Source of the DNA: Promethearchaeota archaeon
Lineage (GTDB): Archaea; Asgardarchaeota; Lokiarchaeia; Sigyniarchaeales; Sigyniarchaeaceae
NCBI GenBank assembly: GCA_016932935.1
Contig: JAFGBX010000051.1
Location: 1 to 13,213 of the forward strand
DNA: 13,213 nucleotides
Direction of reading: 5' to 3'
Of this stretch, positions 1-7,268 are shown piece by piece. The position numbers and the translations under genes are program-made. The notes beneath the pieces were generated by a model that ran no database searches, was not told the DNA's origin, and saw only the letters and a list, made by a program, of their open reading frames with translations. Every line of letters begins with the position of its first letter. The stretch's first letter is position 1.

Positions 1-245
1 CCGAACAGCCGCCAGAGGGCGTAGACCGGCACGTAGAACGCGCTGGTGCCCTTGAGCTGCTTGAGCTCGTCGGTTACCTTGAGGAAGGTGCCCATGAAGC
101 TGCTCGAGATGAACAGCTCGTGGTTCAGCGAGAGGCTTTCGAGGCGCTCGAAGAGGTCGGCGCTGCACGCGAGCGAGACGGCCTTCTCGTCCTCGACATC
201 TTTCGCCGCGATGGCCGATTGCATGAAGATGCTCGGGTCGAGCAT
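1..245 (-). CDS. Hypothetical protein, C-terminally truncated by the window edge; start candidates at ATG 245 or ATG 224.
   Basis: Manual translation of the minus strand in the LarA frame. After the LarA stop (351-353) the frame stays open to position 1 and reads MLDPSIFMQSAIAAKDVEDEKAVSLACSADLFERLESLSLNHELFISSSFMGTFLKVTDELKQLKGTSAFYVPVYALWRLF... Nearly every codon has G/C in the third position and the composition is balanced and protein-like. No recognisable family. The six-frame track omits it because there is no stop inside the window. Confidence 0.5.
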   Translation of the reverse strand, partial: MLDPSIFMQSAIAAKDVEDEKAVSLACSADLFERLESLSLNHELFISSSFMGTFLKVTDELKQLKGTSAFYVPVYALWRLF

Positions 246-350
246 CAGCTTCGGGGGTCTGGTCGACACAGTTTTCCACACTCCATTAGGATCGATCCTC
301 CCCGCCGAATTAAAGCATCGCGAGCTCGGAGGCGGAAGGTCAGCACCCTT

Positions 351-1658
351 TCAGCACAAGGGGAGGATCTCTGAGCCGCGGCGCACGACCTTCACGCTCG
401 TGCTGCGCCCCGGCGCGACTTGACGCCCCCCAGCGACGAGGTCATGGACGAGTGCTTGGAAGTCGCGTGATCGGACGATGTCGAAGCCGTGCTTGCCGAA
501 GGTCTTCTTGTCGAGGGTGTCCGAGACGACATGCACGTGGCAATGCGCCATCACCTCGCCGACGTGTGCCAAATGCGACGCTTCCAGCAAATGATTGGGT
601 GGTATCGCGCCGCCCTTTACCATCTCGTCGATCTCTGCGGGCGGGTGGTACCCGTGCTCGAGCAAGACGTCGGCATGGGCGGGAGACCAGCCCTCCGTGC
701 ACGGCGCGAGCAAGACGAGGTGCCCGCCGGAGCGAACGAAACTCTTGCAGTTGCATGCGGCCTTCGCGCACAGCCACCAGTCGGCATGCTCGGGAACAGC
801 GTCGGCGACGACGACGTCCGCGGGGTTGCCGACCGGCACGCCGTAGACCTCCCTCGCGACCGCGGCGCCCTGGTATTGGGCGGCGACCGGGTCGCCGAGG
901 CACAACGAGACGACGCGGGAGGCCCCGTCGAGCACCGTGTTCACCAGGAGGTCGATCGGCCGGTGCGCGCCGACCTCGTTGATCGCGTCGCGCACCGGGT
1001 TCCTCGGCACGCCGAGGATCCGCTCGGACGGGTAGGCGGCGCTGGCGTAGTGGATGCGGTTCATCGTGTCCTGGCACGTGAGGCCGGGCAGGAGGATCTT
1101 GTACCCGCCCGAGTACCCGCACACGCGGTGCGGCACGATGTTGCCCAGCCCGACGAGGAACGTGCCCGGCTCGCACGCGACGCGGGCGAGCTTGAGGTCG
1201 TACCCGCCCCGCGCCTTCCCGAAGTTGGCGAGGCCAGACTCGTCCGACCACTCGTGGTCGAGGACGGGCACCTCGTCCACGACGGCCGACCCGAACTTCT
1301 CCCGCTTCTCCTCGCGGGTCATGCGGCGGTGGCTCCCGCCTGCGACGACGATCGAGACGGGCTTTCCAACGGACTTCGCAGCGCGGATGACCGGGGGGAG
1401 CAGCGTTTTGACTGGCGTGACGCGCGTCTGGTCGTCGGACGCGACGAGGATCCTGGCCGACTTCTCCAGCCTTCCACGCTGCTTGGCGAGCTCAGAGGCG
1501 ATGAGCCTCGTGATGGCTGCCACCCCGTCGTGCTTGGCCTTCTCCGGGACTGGCGAGGCGGTGGCGGGAGATACCTCCTCGGCGTGCACGCCCGCGGGGA
1601 GGTCGAGCGGCAATTCCCCGATGCCCCACTTGATGTCGTAATGGTCGTGAGATGCCAT
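351..1658 (-). CDS. larA: LarA-family protein (lactate racemase N-terminal domain / DUF2088; nickel-pincer-cofactor-dependent 2-hydroxyacid racemase/epimerase family).
   Basis: The ORF 351..1808 carries the LarA hallmark motifs: SDDQTRVTP (cf. the DHTRP loop), VCGYSGGYK (the Lys that tethers the NPN cofactor, ~residue 187 counted from MASHD) and conserved His residues near 110 and ~200. The length from MASHDHYDIKWG is 435 aa, typical of LarA. Start set at ATG 1658 (MASHD...). The 50 upstream codons to 1808 are Arg-rich and unlikely to be coding. Confidence 0.8.
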   Translation of the reverse strand: MASHDHYDIKWGIGELPLDLPAGVHAEEVSPATASPVPEKAKHDGVAAITRLIASELAKQRGRLEKSARILVASDDQTRVTPVKTLLPPVIRAAKSVGKPVSIVVAGGSHRRMTREEKREKFGSAVVDEVPVLDHEWSDESGLANFGKARGGYDLKLARVACEPGTFLVGLGNIVPHRVCGYSGGYKILLPGLTCQDTMNRIHYASAAYPSERILGVPRNPVRDAINEVGAHRPIDLLVNTVLDGASRVVSLCLGDPVAAQYQGAAVAREVYGVPVGNPADVVVADAVPEHADWWLCAKAACNCKSFVRSGGHLVLLAPCTEGWSPAHADVLLEHGYHPPAEIDEMVKGGAIPPNHLLEASHLAHVGEVMAHCHVHVVSDTLDKKTFGKHGFDIVRSRDFQALVHDLVAGGRQVAPGRSTSVKVVRRGSEILPLC

Positions 1659-1691
1659 GACCAATTCACGGGGCCGCCGGGAGAAAAGGTT

Positions 1692-1731
1692 GGCCGACCG
1701 TGCGCGCAACCGTGCACGAGTACGGTTGGCC
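1692..1731 (-). other. Imperfect stem-loop (10-bp stem, one G-U/mismatch, ~20-nt loop) in the putative 5' leader of the LarA-like gene.
   Basis: ggccgaccgt (1692-1701) pairs with acggttggcc (1722-1731). It lies 34-73 nt upstream of the LarA ATG at 1658, between the gene and the AT-rich promoter island at 1860-2050. Confidence 0.3.
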
Positions 1732-1951
1732 ATGAGACACCGCTCATTAACCCCGCGCCTCGTGCTAACAAGCCATTTGAATGCCCAATGATTCATATGC
1801 ATCCACATTCACGGGAAGATTGGCGTAGCGGCGTTTCGGTCGTTCTCCAACTGAAGATACTTGGTCGCGTCGGATCTCTTTTATTTGGTTTAACAGATTT
1901 TTGATCAAAAGCAATGTGCGTGGATTGTACCAGGCGCACGACGTTTCCACC

Positions 1952-1980
1952 TTAATAACAATTCCGACTCGCGTTATTAA
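1952..1980. promoter_or_regulatory. 8-bp perfect inverted repeat, TTAATAAC-N13-GTTATTAA, in the divergent larA/Tes1 promoter region. Candidate operator.
   Basis: ttaataac at 1952-1959 and gttattaa at 1973-1980. The site lies inside the AT-rich island between the divergently transcribed genes. Confidence 0.3.
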
Positions 1981-2005
1981 CGCCGAGCGGTTTATCTCTA
2001 TCCGC

Positions 2006-2015
2006 ACGTTTAAAC
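2006..2015 (+). promoter_or_regulatory. TATA-box-like element (cgTTTAAAcc) with a purine-rich BRE-like flank, ~40 nt upstream of the Tes-like gene 1 ATG.
   Basis: gtttaaac sits at 2008-2015, in the AT-rich island, 38-45 nt 5' of ATG 2053. A second TTTATCTC box at 1991-1998 is an alternative. If archaeal, a TSS ~25 nt downstream would leave a very short leader. Confidence 0.3.
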
Positions 2016-2052
2016 CAAACAACAGCATCCCTAAATTCGACGAGGCCTTACG

Positions 2053-3741
2053 ATGGCAATGAATCTTGAAGGTAAGAAGGTCTACAGGCGGACCAAGTCG
2101 GTCTGCCCAGAATGCTTGAAGCAGATCGACGCGAACCTCGTTCTCGACGATCTAGATGGGAATCCGATGGTTCTCATGAGGAAGAAATGCAGCGAGCACG
2201 GCTACTTCGAGGACATCATCAGCCGGAACCCGCCAGAATACGAGAGGAACCAGAAATACTACCACGACTACGTGACCATCGAGAACAAGGACAACGTGCA
2301 CGACACGGGGAAGGGTTGCCCGCACAACTGCGGTATGTGCGCCGAGCATAAATCATCACCATGCATCGTCTTGATCGACATCACGAACCGGTGCAACCTG
2401 GCGTGCCCGATCTGCTTCGCCAACGCGTCGGCGAAGGGCTACCTCGTTGAGCCGACCATGGAGGAACTGCGCATGATCTTGCAGCACTTCCGGGACATCA
2501 AGCCGATCCCGCCCGTCTTGTTGCAGATATCCGGCGGCGAGCCCACGGTTCGGGACGATCTCGTGGACTTCATCCGAATGGGCAAGGAGATGGGCTTCGT
2601 CCAGATCATGCTCACGACGAACGGCCTCAAGCTCGCGGCCCGCAACGGCCCCCAATACATCAAGGAGCTGCACGAGGCCGGTATGGGCGCTATTTACCTG
2701 AGCTTCGACTCTGCCGACGATCCCGAGGTGTACAAGAAGGTTCGCGGCGTCAATTTGCTCGCCCAGAAGAAGCGCGTGATCGAGAACTGCCGCAAGGCGG
2801 GTTACGTCGGCGTGACGCTCGTGCCGACGATCGCACGGGGCATGAACGACCACCAGGTAGGGCCGATCATGCAGTACGCGATGGACAACCACGACGTCGT
2901 CACCGGCGTCGTGTTCCAGCCCGTGGCTCTCTGCGGCCGCGTCGACAACGAGCAGATCCGCGAGCTCCGGTACACGACCAGCGACCTCACGCGGGAGCTG
3001 GCGCGCGTCACGAAGCGCCAGGACACATATATCTTCCCCATCCCCGCCATCTCGAACATGACCAAGCTCATGGGCTGGTACGACTTCGCGCCCCAGTTCT
3101 CGATGGCGTCGCACCCCGATTGCGGCTTCGCGACGATTATGATTCCCGACAAAGAGGGCCGCTGGCACGGCATCGAGGAATGGTTCGAAGCGGACGGTTT
3201 CATCAAGTGGACCGACCACGTCTGGGGGATGGTTGAGAAGGGCGAGTGGCCCAACATGACCGACAAGTTCATCGCACCGCTGGCGAAGCTGTTCGGGGAG
3301 CAAGTCGGGAACGTGATCAACCAGGCCTCGGACTTCGCGTACCGAAAGGCCATCAAGGCCTATTACATGGCCGGCGCCATGCGTTACATCAAGGGCTTCG
3401 ACGGGCCCGTCGAGGAGTTCATCCCCATGGTCTTGAACCCCAACATCACGACATCATCACAGTTCTTCGAGGCGGGCAAGTCCATGCTCGTGAGCTCGAT
3501 GCACTTCCAGGACGTCTACAACTTCGACATCGAGCGCGTCCAGCGCTGCCTCGTGCACTACGGCACGATCGATCCCGACCACCCGGGCAAGGTGCTTCAG
3601 GTGCCCTTCTGCGCGATGAACTCGATCCACCGGGAGGCCATCGAGACCAAGATCGCCAAGGCCAAGTACAAGGTCAACGCGACCGAGATCAACGCGAAGG
3701 CGCGAGAGTTCCTCGAGAAGGAAGTCGTCGGCACCCAGTAA
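2053..3741 (+). CDS. Radical SAM enzyme, tetraether lipid synthase (Tes / GDGT-MAS)-like, paralog 1 (562 aa).
   Basis: The canonical radical-SAM motif CNLACPIC (CX3CX2C) is followed by SGGEPT (a glycine-rich SAM-binding motif). A second upstream CX3CX2C (CPHNCGMC) and an N-terminal CPEC...CSEH rubredoxin/Zn-ribbon-like Cys/His cluster are present, plus a ~300 aa C-terminal domain. Size and multi-cluster layout match what I recall of the Tes/GDGT-MAS family, but the family assignment is made by eye only. High-GC codon usage. ~75% identical to the 5333..7027 protein. Confidence 0.8.
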   Translation: MAMNLEGKKVYRRTKSVCPECLKQIDANLVLDDLDGNPMVLMRKKCSEHGYFEDIISRNPPEYERNQKYYHDYVTIENKDNVHDTGKGCPHNCGMCAEHKSSPCIVLIDITNRCNLACPICFANASAKGYLVEPTMEELRMILQHFRDIKPIPPVLLQISGGEPTVRDDLVDFIRMGKEMGFVQIMLTTNGLKLAARNGPQYIKELHEAGMGAIYLSFDSADDPEVYKKVRGVNLLAQKKRVIENCRKAGYVGVTLVPTIARGMNDHQVGPIMQYAMDNHDVVTGVVFQPVALCGRVDNEQIRELRYTTSDLTRELARVTKRQDTYIFPIPAISNMTKLMGWYDFAPQFSMASHPDCGFATIMIPDKEGRWHGIEEWFEADGFIKWTDHVWGMVEKGEWPNMTDKFIAPLAKLFGEQVGNVINQASDFAYRKAIKAYYMAGAMRYIKGFDGPVEEFIPMVLNPNITTSSQFFEAGKSMLVSSMHFQDVYNFDIERVQRCLVHYGTIDPDHPGKVLQVPFCAMNSIHREAIETKIAKAKYKVNATEINAKAREFLEKEVVGTQ

Positions 3742-4244
3742 TCCCTTCCATTCATTTTTCCAGCTATAACCTGAAGTCTTTCACTTGTACTAGGCGATTT
3801 CCTATGTTCTAGCAGATCTAGCAGAATCTGCATGATTGATAGATTACGCCCTTCACGGGCGTAATCATCGCCCGTGAAGAAGATGATTACGAGGGGCGGG
3901 CCGACCGATGCCTCGAGCACGGCGAGCAATTTGACAAACCACCAGTTCTTCCCGTCGAAGAAGACGTCACGTATGAAGAGAAGCAAGAAGATGTTGGCCA
4001 CGGCGTTCATCGTGAACGAGGCGTACGATGAGAGGGCCACGTAATCGAACACCTCGCGCCAGTCTGGATTAAGGCCGTTGACCGTGAAGACGACGTAGTC
4101 GATGGCAGCGTCGAGGACGAGGAACCCGACCATATCCCGCAGATGTCGGACGGTTCGTGCCTTTCCCACCTCATACTTCATCGCGAGCAAGATGAAGACG
4201 ACCAGGGCGATGGCCGAAGCGAGGATGGCGCCCGCGTAGGCCAT
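3597..4244 (-). CDS. Small polytopic membrane protein (about 4 TM helices). The 3' extent is uncertain.
   Basis: The ORF starts at ATG 4244, directly after an in-frame TAG and downstream of an AT-rich island. The first ~135 aa (MAYAGAILASAIALVVFILLA...VGPPLVIIFFTGDDYAREG) form 4 clear hydrophobic helices with GC-rich codons. The remaining ~80 codons run through the AT-rich hairpin region and overlap the Tes1 3' end by 145 nt, so they may be a non-coding read-through of the ORF. Confidence 0.45.
   Translation of the reverse strand: MAYAGAILASAIALVVFILLAMKYEVGKARTVRHLRDMVGFLVLDAAIDYVVFTVNGLNPDWREVFDYVALSSYASFTMNAVANIFLLLFIRDVFFDGKNWWFVKLLAVLEASVGPPLVIIFFTGDDYAREGRNLSIMQILLDLLEHRKSPSTSERLQVIAGKMNGRDYWVPTTSFSRNSRAFALISVALTLYLALAILVSMASRWIEFIAQKGT
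3843..3867. terminator. Perfect 10-bp-stem hairpin (GATTACGCCC-ttcac-GGGCGTAATC) between convergent genes, with a partial repeat of one arm downstream (cgcccgtgaag at 3869-3879) that allows alternative pairing.
   Basis: The palindrome can be read directly in the sequence. It is flanked by tagcagatctagcagaatctgca (direct/inverted repeats at 3811-3833). It lies 100 nt past the Tes1 stop. Confidence 0.4.
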
Positions 4245-4469
4245 CTACTGGTAATCGTAGGTGAAGAACTGGTGCATAGGCTCATGATCCTCTTTCTCTG
4301 AGCCTCCTTAAAGTCATTCCTTATCCTCGTTAGGTGCTTTAAGAGGATCATATTATTTCACATGCTTTGGATTGTGCTATCCCCCAGCGATGACTATTTA
4401 TCCCCGCGGAGCATATCAAGCTCATCCGGTGCCGCCCAGGGAAAGGCGCGCGCCGGGGTGGGAAAAGCC

Positions 4470-4670
4470 ATGGGAAGCGACAAGCAAGCGGTAGCCGCGC
4501 CCCCCGGGCTCGGCCTGGAGGACGGCGTGGTCATGTTCACGCGCAAGCCTGCAAAGATGGGCGACGATTACATCTTCTGGATCCCGCGCGTTTACGTGCG
4601 GAATGGTCTCGTTGACACGTCGGTCGAGTACGAGATCTACTTGCGCAAGGTACCGGGGCGGAAGGACTGA
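4470..4670 (+). CDS. Small protein (66 aa), possibly an AbrB/MazE/SpoVT-like swapped-hairpin DNA-binding domain.
   Basis: ATG 4470 is preceded by GGGGTGGG with 7-nt spacing (SD-like), with an AT-rich TATA-like ACTATTTATCC at 4391-4400. The product MGSDKQAVAAPPGLGLEDGVVMFTRKPAKMGDDYIFWIPRVYVRNGLVDTSVEYEIYLRKVPGRKD fits the ..IP+.h.+.hGL..GD.VEh.h pattern of AbrB-type domains only loosely. The longer 4362 start would code through the AT-rich promoter island. Confidence 0.4.
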   Translation: MGSDKQAVAAPPGLGLEDGVVMFTRKPAKMGDDYIFWIPRVYVRNGLVDTSVEYEIYLRKVPGRKD

Positions 4671-4773
4671 TGCGAGGTGCTGGAGGTTAGCCGGTGGCGG
4701 AGGAAGGGAGGATGAGCGGGCCCGGCCGCCCGGCGCGCATATTTCGGGAAATCTTGGGAGAGAGGGAAGTTTT

Positions 4774-4816
4774 TGCGCCACGGCGCAGCGCGAAAAGAAG
4801 CGGCTTCGCGCGCCGG
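4774..4816. other. Pair of GC-rich hairpins (tgcgcc-ac-ggcgca; gcgcgaa-N10-ttcgcgc) in the ORF-free spacer.
   Basis: gcgcgaa (4788-4794) pairs with ttcgcgc (4805-4811). An adjacent smaller stem sits at 4774-4787. The pair lies ~105-145 nt past the stop of the 4470..4670 ORF. It could be a terminator or part of a structured RNA. Confidence 0.3.
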
Positions 4817-5332
4817 GTTTCGCGGCCCAGGCCCGCTCGCGGTTAATTCACTTCGGCATCGGCCGCACCCTCTTCATTTTCCTCTTACAAGCCATGCAGT
4901 ATCCGCCCTCGGCATCCATCCCTGTCATGGTGGCTCCCGTGTTGCACCAGGGGCGCGTCACCACAACTTTGTGCTTCTCCGTCCGCATGGTTGCGATCGC
5001 GACAATCTGCCTATGGTACGCTCTATGGTCGACGCCGTGGTATTTATCATTGCTCTGTCCACGTGCCCCCGGCGCGTGTCGTCGAACGGGAGTTCACGGA
5101 TGAATCCTGGTGTCTGGTGAGCTCGGAAGAATTACACTGGATGGGTCGTTAAGCGAACAAAAGGCTGTTGAAGCGCGTCCATTTCGGTCTTGCTGATAGA
5201 ATGATGATGATGCCGAACAATACGATGCGGTTTATTGCCTGGGGCTAAAACCAACCGAACGGAAGCGGGATGAGCGAAAGAATTCGACACTGGAAGAGAA
5301 ATGAGGTGAGAAATACATCCAAGGGCGGTGCA

Positions 5333-7027
5333 TCAATTCCCGACTTCCTTCTCGAGGAACTCCTTGGCCTTGGCAGTGATCTCGTTCGCGTCGAGCTTGA
5401 CGTTCTGAACAGCGATCCTCTTCTCGACGTTCTCGCGGTGGATGCTGTTGAAGGCGCAGAATGGCACCTGCAGCACGTCGCCGGGGCGGTCGGGATCCAT
5501 CATACCATAATGGACGAGGCAGCGCTGGACGCGCTCGATGTCGAAGTTATAGACGTCCTGGAAGTGCATACTCGAGATCAAGAGGTTGTTGCCGTGTTCA
5601 AAGAAGCTCGCTGCCGTTTCGAGCCCTGGGCTGAGCATGATGGGGATGAAGTCGGAAACCGGCCCGCTGATGCCCTTCAAGTAACGCATGGCACCGCCCA
5701 TGAAGTAGGCCTTGATCGCCTTGCGGTACGCGAAGTCCGAGGCCTGGTTGATCACGTTCCCGACCTTTTCCCCGAATAACTTCGCCAGCGGCCCGATCAA
5801 CTTCTCGGAGAAAGTGGGCCACTGATTCTTGCATACGAAATCGTCCCAAACCTTGTCTCCCCACTTCAATAAGCCGTCCACATCGAACCAGTCCTCCACG
5901 CGCATCCATTTACCCGTCTTGGTATCGATTGACATGACCGTGGCAAACCCGCAGTCGGGGTGCGAGGCCATAGTGAACTGGGACGAGTAATCGTACCAGG
6001 CGATCAGCTTCGTGAGGTTGCTCGTGGCGGGGATCGGGTAGATGTAATTGTTCGTGATGCCCACCGCCTCGCCGATGGCTTTGGAGAGGTCGCTGGTCGT
6101 GTACCGGAGCTCGCGGATCTGCTCGTTGTCGATGCGGCCGCAGAGCGACACGGGCTGGAACACGACGCCCGAGACCACGTCACGGTTCGCCTTCGCGAAC
6201 TCCATGATCGGCCCGACCTGGTGGTCGCTCACGCCCTTGGCGATCGTGGGGACGAGCATGACGCCCTTGAAACCGGCTTTGCGGCAGTTCTCGATCACGC
6301 GCTTCTTCTGGGGGAGCAAGTTGACGCCCCTCGCCTTCCTATACACCTCGGGATCGTCGGCAGAGTCGAAGCTCAGGTAAATAGCGTTGAGGCCGGCAGC
6401 CATCAGATCCTTTATGTATTGCGGGCCGTTGCGGGCCGCGAGCTTGAGGCCGTTCGTCGTGAGCATGATCTCGACGAAGCCCAGCTCCTTGCCCATGCGG
6501 ACGATCTCGACGAAATCGTCGCGCACGGTGGGCTCGCCGCCGGAGAGCTGGAGTAACACGGGAGGGATCGGCTTGATGCTCCGGAAGTGGGTCATGATCG
6601 TGCGCAGCTCGTCCAGCGTCGGTTCCACGACGTATCCCTTGGCGGAAGCGTTGGCGAAGCAGATCGGGCACGCCAGGTTGCACCGGTTCGTGACGTCGAT
6701 CAAGGCGATGCAGGGCGACGACTTGTGCGCGTCGCACATACCGCACTCGTGGGGGCAGTTTTTCCCTGAGCGCTCCCCGTGCTTCTTGTTCTCGATCGTG
6801 CAATAATCATGGTAATATTGCTGGTTGCGCTCGTATTCTTGCGGGTTCCGGCTGATGATGTCCTCGAAGTACCCGTGCTCGCTGCACTTCTTCCTCATGA
6901 GCACGGCGTCCTTCCCCTCGAGCTCGTCGAGCACGAGGTTCGCGTCGATCTGCTTCAAGCACTCGGGGCAAACGGACTTGGTACGCCGGTACAGTTTCTT
7001 GCCTTCCAGGTTGGGTTCCATGGTCAT
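5333..7027 (-). CDS. Radical SAM enzyme, tetraether lipid synthase (Tes / GDGT-MAS)-like, paralog 2. 564 aa from ATG 7027, or 562 aa from ATG 7021.
   Basis: Same architecture as paralog 1: CPEC...CSEH, CPHECGMC, CNLACPIC and SGGEPT motifs. It is alignable to paralog 1 over the full length without gaps of note, at roughly 75% identity. ATG 7021 (MEPNLEGKK) has a GGAAGG/AAGGA SD-like motif 6-7 nt upstream, so the true start may be 7021. Confidence 0.8.
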   Translation of the reverse strand: MTMEPNLEGKKLYRRTKSVCPECLKQIDANLVLDELEGKDAVLMRKKCSEHGYFEDIISRNPQEYERNQQYYHDYCTIENKKHGERSGKNCPHECGMCDAHKSSPCIALIDVTNRCNLACPICFANASAKGYVVEPTLDELRTIMTHFRSIKPIPPVLLQLSGGEPTVRDDFVEIVRMGKELGFVEIMLTTNGLKLAARNGPQYIKDLMAAGLNAIYLSFDSADDPEVYRKARGVNLLPQKKRVIENCRKAGFKGVMLVPTIAKGVSDHQVGPIMEFAKANRDVVSGVVFQPVSLCGRIDNEQIRELRYTTSDLSKAIGEAVGITNNYIYPIPATSNLTKLIAWYDYSSQFTMASHPDCGFATVMSIDTKTGKWMRVEDWFDVDGLLKWGDKVWDDFVCKNQWPTFSEKLIGPLAKLFGEKVGNVINQASDFAYRKAIKAYFMGGAMRYLKGISGPVSDFIPIMLSPGLETAASFFEHGNNLLISSMHFQDVYNFDIERVQRCLVHYGMMDPDRPGDVLQVPFCAFNSIHRENVEKRIAVQNVKLDANEITAKAKEFLEKEVGN

Positions 7028-7268
7028 CCTTCCATGTTGGAGGTGGCGGGTTAATAGGAAAGCGCCGGTCTCTTAATAAACCGCCGCCAGATCTTCCAAT
7101 GTTTATATATAGATGGATAGTGAGATTTTAAGCCTTCCTCTCCGACGGCTCTCGTGCATCCAACACCGCAGCATCCCCGTGTCCAAACGAACCGTGTCGT
7201 TCACCAGTCGGGTTTCGGGATTCCCGCACGCAAGAACCTTTTAGTGATCCCGTGACCGCTATGGGGTC

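Noticed and set aside
1659-1808. 50-codon N-terminal extension of the LarA ORF (MWMHMNHWAFKW...RRPRELV)
   Set aside because: It is Arg-rich, spans the promoter and leader region, and alignment of the catalytic Lys/His positions fits a start at MASHD (1658).
489-1904. 471-aa plus-strand ORF (and the 442..1251 minus-strand 269-aa ORF) overlapping the LarA-like gene
   Set aside because: They are antisense or alternate-frame to a gene with clear LarA motifs. The translations are Arg/Gly/Asp/Pro-rich low complexity with no motifs, which is typical of GC-driven shadow ORFs.
1765-2028. 87-aa minus-strand ORF inside the AT-rich divergent promoter island
   Set aside because: It lies entirely in the low-GC intergenic island that holds TATA-like boxes and an inverted repeat. 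Its composition is unlike neighbouring genes and it has no start context.
2356-3303. 315-aa minus-strand ORF inside Tes-like gene 1 (the 2802..3356 and 3246..3812 ORFs and the 5960..6556 and 6339..6803 ORFs inside Tes-like gene 2 are of the same kind)
   Set aside because: Shadow ORFs on the opposite strand or in alternate frames of genes with strong radical-SAM motifs. Their translations are RG/VD-rich.
4603-5120. Plus-strand ORFs of 166 and 115 aa in the spacer between the small AbrB-like ORF and Tes2
   Set aside because: The translations are Arg/Gly/His/Pro-rich or oddly composed, with no start context. They are kept only as part of the non-coding-spacer finding.
5086-5125. T-arm-like sequence gttcacggatgaatcc, considered as a possible tRNA
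   Set aside because: It does not match the GTTCRANYC T-loop consensus, and no acceptor, D or anticodon arms could be assembled around it by eye.
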